A DNA stretch of 64,000 bases from Anaerolineae bacterium (GTDB lineage Bacteria > Chloroflexota > Anaerolineae > B4-G1 > SLSP01): NCBI GenBank assembly GCA_034435555.1, contig DAOTXC010000195.1, positions 697-64,696 on the forward strand, written 5' to 3'. A program made the position numbers and the translations under genes. Below, piece by piece: positions 28,324-39,068 of this stretch. The stretch's first letter is position 1. Every line of letters starts with the position of its first letter. The notes beneath the pieces were generated by a model. The model ran no database searches, was not told the DNA's origin, and saw nothing but the letters and a program-made list of their open reading frames with translations.

Positions 28324-29871
28324 TCACCCGCGCCGCAACACCAACCGCAGCGCCAGCCGCAATTCGTCAATGCGCAACGCCAGCGCCAACGCACCGTAGG
28401 CCACCACGCCCAACGCTATCCCCCCAAGGCTCTGCACCCACGGAGATGCAGGCGCGAGCTGCAACCAGCCCCACACCACCACCCCCATCCCCAGCGAGGC
28501 GAGCAGCACGCGCGCCCCTTGCGTCAGCAGCGGCGCGAAGGCCAACCCGCGCACCTTCGGCCCCAGCAGCCATAAGAGCGCGACCATCTCCGCCAGCGCC
28601 GCGATCCCGTTCGCCAGCGCCAACCCCGCGTAGGAAGGCCAGCCGATCCGTACGAAAACGCCCGGCAGTGTGAGGCCCAGCGCCACGTTGACCGCCACCG
28701 CGCCCACGGCCATCAGCGCGGGCGTCCAGGTATCGTGCAGCGCGTAGAAGGCCCGCGCCAGAATCTCGATAGCGCCATGGCCTACCAGGCCCACCGCAAA
28801 GCAGGCCAGCGCCCAGGCCACACCCTCCGTCGAGCCGGCGGAGAAGGCCCCGCGCTCGAAGGCCAGGGCGACCAGCGGGCGTCCCAGCACGGCGAGGCCC
28901 ACCGAGGCCGGGAGCATCACCGCCGTGACCACGCGCAACATCTGCGCGACGGTTTTCCGCAACGCGGCGAAATCCTGCTGCGCAGATTGTTCCGAAAAGG
29001 TGGGGAAGGCCGTCGTCCCCACCGCTTGCGCCAGCACGTTGGGCAGCAAGACGATCATCCAGGCGTACAGCAGGATCGAGACCGCGCCGACTTCCAATCC
29101 CGAGGCCAGGTTGTTGGTGATCACGAAGTTGAACTGCACCGCGGCCACGCCGAAGATGCGCGGTAGCATCATCCGCCAGACCTGATGCACCGAGGGGTCG
29201 CGCAATCCCCATGTCGGAAAGTAACGCGCGCGATAGCGGGGCAGCGCGGGGAGCTTCACCGCCAGGTGCAGCAGCGCACCAACCACCGTCCCCACCGCCG
29301 CGCCGAGCAAGCCCTGTCCCGTCTCGCCACCCCAGATCGCGCCCACAATCAGCGCCAGGTTGTAGAGCACCGGGGCGAAGGCCGGCAGCGCGAAGTGTTG
29401 ACAGCCGTTGAGCACCCCCATCACGATCCCGCTGACGCCGAAGATCGCCGGGGAGAGCAACATCACCCGCAACAACAACACCGCCCGCGCCTGGATCTCC
29501 ACCGTGGCCTCCGGCGCGACCAGCGTCCGCACCAACCAGGGAGCGCCAAAGAAGGTGACAGCGCCCAACAGGAGCAATCCCCACCAGACCAGGTTGACCA
29601 GCGCCGATGCCAGCCGCCACGCGCCCTCCTCATCGCCGGTTGAGCGCCGCGCGATAAAGATGGGAATGAAAGCGGAGCCTAATGCGCCCCCGGCAACGAT
29701 GTTGAAGAGCAAATCGGGAATGCGCGAGGCATAGGTGTACGCATCCATCTCCGGCCCGGCACCGAAGTAATACCCAAAGACCATCGTGCGCGCCAGCCCC
29801 AGTATCCGGCTCAACATGAACAGCCCCATCACCAGAACCGCCGCCCGCGCAATTCGTCCCTGACTTTTTTC
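28324..29871 (-). CDS. murJ: lipid II flippase MurJ
   Basis: Start at MEKSQGRIARAA. Polytopic MOP-superfamily pattern (FGAGPEMDAYTYASRIPDLLFNIVAGGALGSAFIPIF). Confidence 0.9.
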   Translation of the reverse strand, partial: EKSQGRIARAAVLVMGLFMLSRILGLARTMVFGYYFGAGPEMDAYTYASRIPDLLFNIVAGGALGSAFIPIFIARRSTGDEEGAWRLASALVNLVWWGLLLLGAVTFFGAPWLVRTLVAPEATVEIQARAVLLLRVMLLSPAIFGVSGIVMGVLNGCQHFALPAFAPVLYNLALIVGAIWGGETGQGLLGAAVGTVVGALLHLAVKLPALPRYRARYFPTWGLRDPSVHQVWRMMLPRIFGVAAVQFNFVITNNLASGLEVGAVSILLYAWMIVLLPNVLAQAVGTTAFPTFSEQSAQQDFAALRKTVAQMLRVVTAVMLPASVGLAVLGRPLVALAFERGAFSAGSTEGVAWALACFAVGLVGHGAIEILARAFYALHDTWTPALMAVGAVAVNVALGLTLPGVFVRIGWPSYAGLALANGIAALAEMVALLWLLGPKVRGLAFAPLLTQGARVLLASLGMGVVVWGWLQLAPASPWVQSLGGIALGVVAYGALALALRIDELRLALRLVLRRG

Positions 29872-29994
29872 CATTATGGCGATTATAGCACGCGCGGCCC
29901 CGGCGTCCAGTGAAGCGCGAGCACACAAGACAGACCGCCCCCCACGCTAGCCCTGCAGGAGGCGGTCTGATAAAGCCGGCTATCCAACCCGCCC

Positions 29995-31257
29995 CTAGAT
30001 CACCGTGTTATCGGGGATGGTGGTATTCTTGGGCACCACCACGATGCCCTCGCGCACGACGTAGCTCTCCGTCTCCTCTTCGGGCATGCCCTCGTGGTTG
30101 CGGATGACGACGTTGCGCCCGATACGCACGTTTTTGTCCAGAATCGCACCCTCGATGACGCTGCCTTCGCCAATCCCGATGTTGGGCAAGCCCATGCGCG
30201 CGTTTTCTGCCTTCTGCGCGTCCGTCTCGTAATAATCCGCGCCCATCATCACCACGCGCTTGAGGTGCGCTTTGTGACTGATGGAGCTGCGTAAACCGAT
30301 CACACATTCCTCCACATCCGCGCCGTAGATGAGGCAGCCGGGCGCGACGAGCGCCTGTTCCATATCACACTCCGCCACCCAGGTGCCGGGCAGGAAGCGC
30401 GAGCGGGTGTAGATGGGCCATTCCACGTCGAAGAGATCGAAGGCCGGATGCGGATGGGCAAAGTCGAGGTTGACCTCGTAGAAGGAGCGAATTGTCCCGA
30501 TGTCCTCCCAGAAGCCCTCGAAGGGATAAGCGTAAACCCGCAGCCCTTTTTCAATGGCCGCCGGGATGATATGCTTGCCAAAGTCAGAGCCGGTCTCCGA
30601 ACGCAACATATCCACCAACGTGGGCGTGCCGAAGACGTAGATGCCCATCGAGGCCATGTAGGGCTTGTCCCCAGGCAGGCTCTCCAGCCCATCCAGTTCC
30701 TCTGTCGGCGGCTTCTCGCGGAAGGATTGAATGCGCCCATCCTCATCCGCCTTCAAAATGCCGAAGCGCGTTGCATCTTCCCCGTCCACCGGCTTGACAG
30801 CGATGGTCACATCGGCCTCTTTCTCGCGGTGATATTGCACAAACTTGCCGTAGTCCATGCGATAGAGATGATCGCCGGAAAGGATGAGCACTTCCGAGGG
30901 ACGCGACACCTGGATCTGAAAGAGCTGTTTGCGCAGTGCATCTGCCGTCCCCTGATACCAGGACGTACTCACCGGGGTCTGTTCGGCAGCCAGAATATGA
31001 ACCCACCCATTCGAGAAGCGGTCGAACTTGTAGGTCTGGGTGATGTGCCGATGGAGCGAGGCAGAGTTGAATTGCGTCAATACGAAGATGTGTTTAACAT
31101 TGGAGTGGATACAGTTGCTCACCGGAATATCAATCAAGCGATAATGCCCGGCCAAGGGTACCGCTGGCTTGGCGCGCAGCTTGGTCAACGGGTAAAGCCG
31201 CGTGCCCGCCCCACCACCAAGAATAACCGCCAGGACGTCCTGCATTGGAATGCTCAT
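29995..31257 (-). CDS. glgC: glucose-1-phosphate adenylyltransferase
   Basis: N-terminal [26 protein letters not shown] and the left-handed beta-helix C-terminus. Confidence 0.9.
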   Translation of the reverse strand: MSIPMQDVLAVILGGGAGTRLYPLTKLRAKPAVPLAGHYRLIDIPVSNCIHSNVKHIFVLTQFNSASLHRHITQTYKFDRFSNGWVHILAAEQTPVSTSWYQGTADALRKQLFQIQVSRPSEVLILSGDHLYRMDYGKFVQYHREKEADVTIAVKPVDGEDATRFGILKADEDGRIQSFREKPPTEELDGLESLPGDKPYMASMGIYVFGTPTLVDMLRSETGSDFGKHIIPAAIEKGLRVYAYPFEGFWEDIGTIRSFYEVNLDFAHPHPAFDLFDVEWPIYTRSRFLPGTWVAECDMEQALVAPGCLIYGADVEECVIGLRSSISHKAHLKRVVMMGADYYETDAQKAENARMGLPNIGIGEGSVIEGAILDKNVRIGRNVVIRNHEGMPEEETESYVVREGIVVVPKNTTIPDNTVI

Positions 31258-31495
31258 AAAAAAGCCTCCTTAATCATATGTGTACTACGGAATTTACCCA
31301 GCTACGTCATCATCAATCCTATACCTAATTATAGTAAGAGATGGCATATAAGGCAAACCGGGGCGCGCCGGGTCAATCATTACAAATGTCACCCCCCGAT
31401 AGTTAGCTTCCCTAATTGCCATCTCCCTCACTTGTGCTATCATAGAAACGGTGGCTACGGCCACAATCACATACACTCAATTGAGGAGGTGCAAC

Positions 31496-32962
31496 TTGAA
31501 AACATTGACCGCGTTAGCCCTCAACCAGGCCCAATTGCTGGGCGCCTCCTACGCGGACATCCGCATCCTCGAAACCCGTGAGCAAGGCGTCAGCGTGCGC
31601 AACGGGACCGTGCAGGATGCCAACGAAGTCCAGAGCGTGGGATTTGGGGTACGGGTCATCGTGGATGGAGCCTGGGGCTTCGCCTCCAGCGCCATCCTGA
31701 CCGCCACGGAGGTCGAGCAGGTCACGGCACAAGCGGTCGCCATCGCCCGCGCCAGCGCGCTCTTCCTCCGCCAGCCGGTTGATCTCGGCCCGGCAGAGGT
31801 GCATCAGGACATCTACCGCACGCCCTACGAGATTGATCCCTTCGGCGTGCCGATGGAGGACAAACTTGCACTGCTGTTGGAAGCCGACCGTCTGATGCGC
31901 AGCGACGCCGCGATCAAAGTGACCTACGGCAACCTCGTTTCCGTGCGCAGACATCAGTTCTTTGCCAGCACCGAAGGCTCGGACGTCGAGCAGGAGCTCG
32001 TTGAGACGGGGGGCTGCATCATGGCGCTGGCTGTCAAAGATGGCGAAATTCAACGCCGGAGCTATCCCAACATCTTCCGCGATCAACACACCGAGGGCTG
32101 GGAGTTCATCCAACGGCTGGATTTCCTGGGGCACGCCGAGCGGGTCGGTTCGGAGGCGGTGGCGCTGCTGAGCGCGCCACAGTGTCCCAGCGGCGTCACC
32201 ACCCTCATCCTCGACCGCACCCAGCTGGGGCTGCAAATCCACGAGTCGTGCGGCCATCCCACCGAGCTCGACCGCGTCTTCGGCACCGAGGCGGCCTACG
32301 CCGGCACCAGTTTCCTCACCCCCGACAAGCTCGGCAATTTCCGTTATGGCTCGGAGCTCGTCAACCTCACCGCCGACGCGACCACGCCCGGCGCGCTCGG
32401 CACCTTCGGCTACGACGACGAGGGCGTCCCCGCGCAGCGCGTCCCCCTGGTGCAGGCGGGACAGTTCGTGGGCTATTTGACCTCGCGCGAGACCGCCACG
32501 CAGCTGGCCCGTCTGCGCGGCGAGGACCCGGCCCAGGCCCGCTCCGGCGCGGCGATGCGCGCCTCCGGCTGGAACCGCATCCCCCTCATCCGCATGACGA
32601 ACATCAACCTGGAGCCGGGCGAGTGGGAATTCGACGATCTCATCGCCGACACCGACGAAGGTATCTACATGGAGACCAATTACTCGTGGTCCATTGACAA
32701 CCTGCGGCTCAACTTCCAGTTCGGCACCGAGATGGCCTACGAGATCAAAAACGGGCAGCTCGGCCAGATGTACAAGAACGCCACCTACACCGGCATCACC
32801 CCGGAGTTCTGGAGCGGTTGCGACGCCATCTGCAACGAGAAGCACTGGGGCGTCTGGGGCGTGCCCAACTGCGGCAAGGGGCAACCTTCGCAGGTGGCGC
32901 ACACCGGCCACGGCGCAGCGCCGGCCCGCTTCCGCAACGTCCGCGTGGGCGTGATGAAATAG
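31496..32962 (+). CDS. tldD: TldD-family metalloprotease
   Basis: TTG start 6 nt after GGAGG. The HESCGH zinc motif is present. Confidence 0.8.
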   Translation: MKTLTALALNQAQLLGASYADIRILETREQGVSVRNGTVQDANEVQSVGFGVRVIVDGAWGFASSAILTATEVEQVTAQAVAIARASALFLRQPVDLGPAEVHQDIYRTPYEIDPFGVPMEDKLALLLEADRLMRSDAAIKVTYGNLVSVRRHQFFASTEGSDVEQELVETGGCIMALAVKDGEIQRRSYPNIFRDQHTEGWEFIQRLDFLGHAERVGSEAVALLSAPQCPSGVTTLILDRTQLGLQIHESCGHPTELDRVFGTEAAYAGTSFLTPDKLGNFRYGSELVNLTADATTPGALGTFGYDDEGVPAQRVPLVQAGQFVGYLTSRETATQLARLRGEDPAQARSGAAMRASGWNRIPLIRMTNINLEPGEWEFDDLIADTDEGIYMETNYSWSIDNLRLNFQFGTEMAYEIKNGQLGQMYKNATYTGITPEFWSGCDAICNEKHWGVWGVPNCGKGQPSQVAHTGHGAAPARFRNVRVGVMK

Positions 32963-32976
32963 CAAGGGAGAGAAAC

Positions 32977-34341
32977 ATGTTAGGTCAAACCGAAGTCCAA
33001 CACCTCTTGGAGCGCGTCTTGCACCGCTCCCCGGCGGATCAGACCGAAGTGCTCTTCCTGGGGCTGGAAGAGGCGCTCACCCGCTTCGCCAACAACGAGA
33101 TCCACCAGAACGTGGCGGAGCACAACTACGGCCTCATCATCCGCGCCGCCATCGGGCAGCGCGTGGTCGCCATCTCAACCACCGCCACCGACGATGCCAG
33201 CATCGAGCAGGCACTCGAACGCGCCGTCGCCCTGGCAAAGTTGCAGCCAGAGAACCCGGAATTCCCCGGCTTTGCGGAACCCGTCCCGCTGCCGGAGACC
33301 ACTGTCGCCTACGACGAGGCGACCGCGACCGCTACGCCGGAGAGTCGCGCGCGCGCCGTGGGCGAGGTCATCACCTACGCACTGAGCAACAACGTCAACG
33401 CCTCCGGCGCCTTCCGCACCTCCCGCTACGAGTGGGGCCTTGCCAACAGCCACGGGCTGCGCGCCTACGCGCCCACCACCCTGGCCGATCTGACCATCGT
33501 GGGGATGACGGAGACCTCCTCTGGCTACGCCGCCGACGCCGCGTGGCGCTTCGCCGACATTGACGTCGCCGCGCGCGGACGTGAGGCGGTTGACAAGGCG
33601 GTGCAATCGCAAAACCCACGCCCGCTCGAACCCGGTGACTACCCCGTGGTGTTGGAGCCTTACGCGGCCCAAGACCTGGTCAACTTCGTGGGGCGTGGGG
33701 CCAGCGGCATGAGCGTCCACGAGGGGCAATCGTGGATGAGCGGGCGACAGGGCGAGGCGCTCTTCGATAAGCGCATCACCCTCGTGGACGATCCGCAGGA
33801 TCAGGCGCTATGGCCGCTCCCCTTCGATTTCGAGGGGCAGCCCCGGCAGCGAGTTAAGATCATCAAGGCCGGCGTCGTCGGCGATGCGGTCTACAATCGG
33901 CTCTGGGGCGAAAAGACAGGCCACGCCACCACCGGCCATGCCCTCCCCGCTTTCAGCCCCTTCAATCCCAGCCAGGCCATCGGCGGCAGCGGCCCCTTCC
34001 CCATCCACCTCGCGCTCGAGCCGGGGACGGCCTCGCTGCAGGAGATGATCAAGGGCATTGACCGGGGGCTTTACATCACCCGCTTCAACTACACCCGCGT
34101 CGTTCACCCCCGCGAGGTCGTCATCACCGGGCTGACCCGTGATGGCACATTCTGGATCGAGAACGGCGCACTGGCCTACCCGGTGCAGAACTTGCGCTTC
34201 ACGCAGAGCTATATCGAGGCGCTGGCGGAGGTCATCGCCATCGGTGCGGAGGCCCAGTGCGAGCGCGGCTACTTCGGCCTGAGCAAAGCGCCGGCGCTCT
34301 GCCTGCCCCGCTTCCGCTTCACCGGCACGACCGGTTTCTAG
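32977..34341 (+). CDS. pmbA: PmbA/TldE-family protein (TldD partner)
   Basis: ATG at 32977 after AGGGAGAG. PmbA/TldD-fold pattern without HExxxH. Adjacent to tldD. Confidence 0.8.
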   Translation: MLGQTEVQHLLERVLHRSPADQTEVLFLGLEEALTRFANNEIHQNVAEHNYGLIIRAAIGQRVVAISTTATDDASIEQALERAVALAKLQPENPEFPGFAEPVPLPETTVAYDEATATATPESRARAVGEVITYALSNNVNASGAFRTSRYEWGLANSHGLRAYAPTTLADLTIVGMTETSSGYAADAAWRFADIDVAARGREAVDKAVQSQNPRPLEPGDYPVVLEPYAAQDLVNFVGRGASGMSVHEGQSWMSGRQGEALFDKRITLVDDPQDQALWPLPFDFEGQPRQRVKIIKAGVVGDAVYNRLWGEKTGHATTGHALPAFSPFNPSQAIGGSGPFPIHLALEPGTASLQEMIKGIDRGLYITRFNYTRVVHPREVVITGLTRDGTFWIENGALAYPVQNLRFTQSYIEALAEVIAIGAEAQCERGYFGLSKAPALCLPRFRFTGTTGF

Positions 34342-34407
34342 GCACACGGATAAAAAAAGGCCGGCGCTGTGATGCAGCGCCGGTCTGTATTATCAAAGTG
34401 CGTGGAC

Positions 34408-35478
34408 TTATTTGGCGATCTTGGTGCTGATCGTTGCCACGACCGGCGCGAAGTCGGGATTTTCGTAGCCCTCGATCCGGCCCGCATCGCAGAGACGCGC
34501 CATCTCCGGGTCCAGCCCCAGCTGCCCCAAGAAGTCCGCGCCAAAGGCCGCGGCCATCTCAGCAGACCGCCCCTTGCCGAAGAGCTCGAAGGTCTCGCCG
34601 CAGTGCGGGCAACGCGCGTAGCTCATGTTCTCCACCACGCCCCAGATTGGAATCTCCAGGTGCTCGGCCATGTTGGCAGCCTTGCGCACCACCAGCTCCG
34701 CCAAGTCCTGCGGCGACGTGACCAAGACGATACCCGCCACCGGCAGATTTTGCATCACCGTCAGCGCCGCATCTGAGGTTCCCGGCGGCATGTCCACAAC
34801 AAGCGCATCCAGATCACCCCAGAAGACATCGTTCCAGAATTGCTGGATCGTCCCGGCGATGAGCGGGCCGCGCCAGATCACGGCGGCATCCTTGTGCTCC
34901 AGCATCAGGTTGATGGACATCAGCTTGATGCCGCCCTCAGTCTGTGGGGGCACGATACCGAGCGGCCCCATCATGGGTACATCGTCCACGCCGAAGACCT
35001 TGGGGATGCTGGGGCCGGTGATGTCGGCATCGAGGACGCCGACGCGCAGCCCTTGTCGCCGCAGGCCCACGGCGAGCATTGCCGCGACGGTGGACTTCCC
35101 CACTCCGCCCTTGCCGCTCATCACCGCGATGACGGCCTTGACGTTGTTCATCTGCCCCGCCAGCGATTGCTGTGGCTGGGGCCTGGCCCCACCCCGCAGA
35201 TTCTCGGTGAGCCGCTGGCGCTCCGCATCGGTCATCCCGGTGAGTTCGATCTCCACGGTCAGATCATCGGCCAACGCGGCAACCGCCTGGCGCGCATCAT
35301 TTGCAATGGTGTCCTGCAACGGGCAGGTCGGCACGGTCAGTGCGATCACCACTTTGACGTGCTGTTCCTCAACAACGACCTCGCGCACCATCCCCAAATC
35401 CACAATATCGCGGTGCAATTCCGGATCCATCACCGACTGCAATGCTTCTATCACTTGAGCTTCTGTTACCACTATCAT
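34408..35478 (-). CDS. apbC: Mrp/ApbC/NBP35-family Fe-S cluster carrier ATPase with an N-terminal DUF59 (MIP18-like) domain
   Basis: Walker A/deviant motif SGKGGVGKST and the C-terminal CPHCGE motif. The start is MIVVTEAQVIEAL, or GTG two codons later. The long upstream extension of the listed ORF is untranslated. Confidence 0.9.
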   Translation of the reverse strand: MIVVTEAQVIEALQSVMDPELHRDIVDLGMVREVVVEEQHVKVVIALTVPTCPLQDTIANDARQAVAALADDLTVEIELTGMTDAERQRLTENLRGGARPQPQQSLAGQMNNVKAVIAVMSGKGGVGKSTVAAMLAVGLRRQGLRVGVLDADITGPSIPKVFGVDDVPMMGPLGIVPPQTEGGIKLMSINLMLEHKDAAVIWRGPLIAGTIQQFWNDVFWGDLDALVVDMPPGTSDAALTVMQNLPVAGIVLVTSPQDLAELVVRKAANMAEHLEIPIWGVVENMSYARCPHCGETFELFGKGRSAEMAAAFGADFLGQLGLDPEMARLCDAGRIEGYENPDFAPVVATISTKIAK

Positions 35479-35563
35479 CCTCCTGTAAAGGTAGTTTTGT
35501 CCATTTACCCCAACAAAGAGAGCCTGGGGAGGCTCTCTTTGCGGCTTATCAACCACTCGGCAA

Positions 35564-36115
35564 TCAAACCGCAACAGGATCAGCGCCCTGCGCGACGGCG
35601 AGTTCCGCCTCTTCCTCCTCGCCCTCCTGCACCGGCCAGATGCGCTCCGGGGCGGTGAGGCGGTCAATGTAGAGCACGCCATCGCAATGATCAATCTCGT
35701 GCTGGAAGACGCGCGCCAGGTATCCGTAGACGCGCAACTTCTGCGGTTTGCCATGGATGTCCAGCCCGCGCACGACCACCCAGCTCGCCCGCTCCACCTC
35801 GCCGATGTAGCCGGGAACCGAGAGACACCCCTCGATGCCATCCTCAACCTCGCGCGAGGTCTTGACGATTTCGGGGTTGATGAAAACGTAGGTCTCGCCG
35901 CTCCCCGAAATCTCCTCATCCTCCGGCAGCTCGATCACGACGATGCGCTGCAAAACGCCCACCTGGACCGCCGCCAACCCCACGCCGTTGTTCGCCCGCA
36001 TCGTCTCCAACATATCGGCGACGAAATCGCGCACTTCAGCGGCAACGTGCGACACGGGCCGCGAACGCTGTCGCAGCCGTGGATCGCCCACCGTGATGAT
36101 GTCCCACAATGCCAT
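35564..36115 (-). CDS. def: peptide deformylase
   Basis: The three PDF motifs GVGLAAVQVG, EGCLSVPG and HEIDH. Confidence 0.9.
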   Translation of the reverse strand: MALWDIITVGDPRLRQRSRPVSHVAAEVRDFVADMLETMRANNGVGLAAVQVGVLQRIVVIELPEDEEISGSGETYVFINPEIVKTSREVEDGIEGCLSVPGYIGEVERASWVVVRGLDIHGKPQKLRVYGYLARVFQHEIDHCDGVLYIDRLTAPERIWPVQEGEEEEAELAVAQGADPVAV

Positions 36116-36121
36116 AAACGC

Positions 36122-37855
36122 TTAACCTCCCACAGTATCTTCGGTATCCTCTTCGTCTGCCGGAGAGGACGCGGCGGCATGACCCTGCCCCTTCAAAAGC
36201 CCCTTCTCCCGCAAGTCGTCATACGTGGCGAACCAACTCAAGAGCTCTTCCTGACGCCGCTGCGCCTCACGGGTGCGCTGTTGCATAGTGTACTCCCGCT
36301 GGCGCCTGGAGATCTCCGCCTGCGCCTTATCGGGATAGCGGATCCACTTGAGCTCAAAGCGGCCCGTGGTTCCTGCCGTTTCGACCAATACGTTCCCATA
36401 CCGGAACAACCGCGCCCAGAAGCTGGGCTTATCAAAGCTGATGTTCTGGATGCGATCCAACGTCGTCTCGCGCCGACTTTCGCTCAGCAAGAAGGGCTTG
36501 CGATCTACAACGATGATGCGCGAGGGTGTAATCTCGAAATAATCGTTGCGCCAATCCTCAATCTCCCACAGAATCGCGCCGAAGATGAGCGCCTCGGCCA
36601 ACAACCAGATTGCAATCATCCACATTTCCGGCGGATCCAAGTGCGGGAAAAAGAGCAGCGCCGCAACGGTGATGACCACCCAGATCAGGTAGAGCAGAAT
36701 ATAGCGCATGAATCCCGGCAGCCAATAACGCCGCCAGATAATCGCGGAACCATCCTCACTCTGCGTCCATGACTGGGGAAAAAAGAAGTCTCGCACCGTC
36801 CCCACAACAAGGGACAATATTGTGAGACGTCGCGGCGACGCGGCCTCCGGCGGCTCGTACGGGGGCGGCGGCTCCGCAAGTCCCAGACGACGCTCCATCA
36901 CATCCCGAATCGCGCCCCGCACCTGCAATAGCTGTCGCGCCCGGTTGCGCTCGACCTCACGGAAGATCATCTCCCGCACCTCAGAGGGTCGGGGGATGCC
37001 ATGCATATCAATATGCACCGTTTCCCCGGCAGTTTGCAACACCAGATCGCCAAAATCGAGCAAATTGGCGCTAAAGGTGGGGCGCATCTCGTGGATGTCC
37101 TGGATATTATCGAGGGAGGTCTCCTCGAAAGTCTCACGTAAAGGCCCCTCGCGCTCCAAGTGAACAACGCGCTGCGTGGTGACGACGTACCGGTCATCGC
37201 GCCAATCCACCCACTCCCAGATCACAAAGCCGAACACCGGCGTCCCGACAAGCAAGAACGCTGCCAAAAAGACCAACGGGACCTCGTGGAAAAAGAAATA
37301 GAGCGCGGCGGTCAACAACGCAAAGAGGCACAAGGGGAGAAAGATACTGCGGAAGAGGTGTGCCCAATGGCGGCGTCCCACGAAGATGGGCCACTCATCA
37401 TCTCGCATCCACTCAGCGCGCGGAACGTGGCGGCGCTTTACAATCTGCGGATCGAGCTTGATGCGCCGACGCAACCGCGCGCGGCTTTGAAAGACCTGCA
37501 TGAACTCATTGCGCTCCAGATAGAGCACCCGCGTATCAGTCAATACCTCGGCAGTCGCATCGTGAAAGTCACCCACAAAAAGTCCGGTGACGCCGAAGGT
37601 GTCGCCCGGCCCGGCATCCCGCAGATGGACGGTTCCCCCCTCGCGATCCACCCGCGTCAGCCGGACTCGGCCCTCCAGGATGACGTAGAAGTAGTCCGAA
37701 GGCTCACCCTGCACAAAAAGCCGATCTCCTACCTCATAGGTGGCCTCATGCACGATGGGCACGAGATAGTAGAGCTCCCTCTCGCCAGATTCATCATCAA
37801 AATCGGCGAAGAGCGGAACGGTCTGTAAGATCTCAACAATTTCTTGCGGTTTCAT
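36122..37855 (-). CDS. cyclic-nucleotide-binding-domain protein with two membrane-embedded bPH_2 (YdbS/YdbT-like) modules
   Basis: N-terminal CAP/cNMP-binding beta-roll (GDRLFVQGEPSDYFYVILEGRVRL...GPGDTFG). Two repeats follow, each with a TM hairpin and a DWR(D/N)D...T..R(V/I)...bPH motif. Confidence 0.7.
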   Translation of the reverse strand: MKPQEIVEILQTVPLFADFDDESGERELYYLVPIVHEATYEVGDRLFVQGEPSDYFYVILEGRVRLTRVDREGGTVHLRDAGPGDTFGVTGLFVGDFHDATAEVLTDTRVLYLERNEFMQVFQSRARLRRRIKLDPQIVKRRHVPRAEWMRDDEWPIFVGRRHWAHLFRSIFLPLCLFALLTAALYFFFHEVPLVFLAAFLLVGTPVFGFVIWEWVDWRDDRYVVTTQRVVHLEREGPLRETFEETSLDNIQDIHEMRPTFSANLLDFGDLVLQTAGETVHIDMHGIPRPSEVREMIFREVERNRARQLLQVRGAIRDVMERRLGLAEPPPPYEPPEAASPRRLTILSLVVGTVRDFFFPQSWTQSEDGSAIIWRRYWLPGFMRYILLYLIWVVITVAALLFFPHLDPPEMWMIAIWLLAEALIFGAILWEIEDWRNDYFEITPSRIIVVDRKPFLLSESRRETTLDRIQNISFDKPSFWARLFRYGNVLVETAGTTGRFELKWIRYPDKAQAEISRRQREYTMQQRTREAQRRQEELLSWFATYDDLREKGLLKGQGHAAASSPADEEDTEDTVGG

Positions 37856-37915
37856 TTAAATTGATTATACCACAATCTTCAATATGCTGCACAATTCTGG
37901 CGAAATTGCGCAGGG

Positions 37916-39052
37916 TCACGCCAGCGCCTGCTCGTAAGCGCGCCAGGTGGCGGCGGCGGTCTGCGCCCAGGTGAAGCGCGCCGCTTGCTCGTGAGCGCGC
38001 TGCCGCAACAAAGCGTGGAACTTCTCGTCGGTGAGCAGACGCACCAGCGCCTCGGCCATGCCCGTGGCGTCATCTGGGGAAGTGAGCACCCCGGCTTCTC
38101 CCACCACCTCCGGGAGGCTGGCGGCCTCGCTGCCCACGACCGGCACGCCGCAGGCCAACGCTTCAAGAGGCGGCAAGCCGAACCCCTCGTACCGCGAGGG
38201 GAAGAGAAAGGCGCGCGCGCCGCGATAGAGCGCGGGTTTCTGCGCCTCCGGCACAAAGCCGGTGAAGTAGACCGTCGGCTCGGTCAGGCCCACTCGCGCC
38301 AGCCAGCGCCGGGGGTTCTGGATAAGCTCCGATTCCACCTCCGGCAGCTTCCCCGCCACCACAAGCCGCGCCGTGGGGACGCGCTCTCGCGCCTGGGCGA
38401 AGGCCGCCAGGGCCGTCTCCAGATTCTTGCGGCGATCAAATCCGCCGAGGTAGAGAATATACCCCGGCGTGATCCCCAGCGCACGCCAGACGGTTGCATC
38501 CTCCGGTTGTGAGGCTGCCGTGTAATGCGCCGCCGCCGCGAGAGGAATTGCCGCAATGCGATCGGCGGGAAGGCTCAGGTGGGCGATGATATCGCGCCGG
38601 GAGGCTTCGGAATCCGTCAACACATAGCGCGCGCGGCGCGCCGTCGCGCTGACGAGAGCCGTGTAGAACCGCACCGCCGCACTACCCCGATAGGCCGGGA
38701 GCAGCAGCGGAATCAGATCGTGAATCGTCACGATCACCGGGACAGAAGCGCGCAGCGGCGCGGCCCAGTAAGGCACATGCAACAAGGTCGCCCCGGCACG
38801 CCGCGCCGCGCGCGGCACACGCACCTGCTCCCACCACACCTTGCTCAGCGCGGAAGAGTGCGCCGGCAGGTGTACCACCTGCACATTTGAGAGGGTCGCC
38901 AGCGCCTGGGGCGCAGGCGGCGCGGTGGGAAGCAACAGAGTGAACCGCGCCTCGGCGTGCGCACCGGCAAGCGTCCCGAGCAACTGGCGCAGATATTGTC
39001 CGCTGCCAGTGTCGGGACGCGACCAAAACCAGCCACTTAGCGCAACGTGCAT
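37916..39052 (-). CDS. GT4-family glycosyltransferase
   Basis: GT-B C-terminal domain with the E-x7-E region (PSRYEGFGLPPLEALACGVPVV). Confidence 0.85.
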   Translation of the reverse strand: MHVALSGWFWSRPDTGSGQYLRQLLGTLAGAHAEARFTLLLPTAPPAPQALATLSNVQVVHLPAHSSALSKVWWEQVRVPRAARRAGATLLHVPYWAAPLRASVPVIVTIHDLIPLLLPAYRGSAAVRFYTALVSATARRARYVLTDSEASRRDIIAHLSLPADRIAAIPLAAAAHYTAASQPEDATVWRALGITPGYILYLGGFDRRKNLETALAAFAQARERVPTARLVVAGKLPEVESELIQNPRRWLARVGLTEPTVYFTGFVPEAQKPALYRGARAFLFPSRYEGFGLPPLEALACGVPVVGSEAASLPEVVGEAGVLTSPDDATGMAEALVRLLTDEKFHALLRQRAHEQAARFTWAQTAAATWRAYEQALA

Positions 39053-39068
39053 ACGCCGCTAAGCGCCA

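Noticed and set aside
34369-34776. 135-aa plus-strand ORF overlapping the 3' end of apbC
   Set aside because: It is antisense to the well-supported Mrp/ApbC C-terminus and has an Arg/His-rich low-complexity translation.
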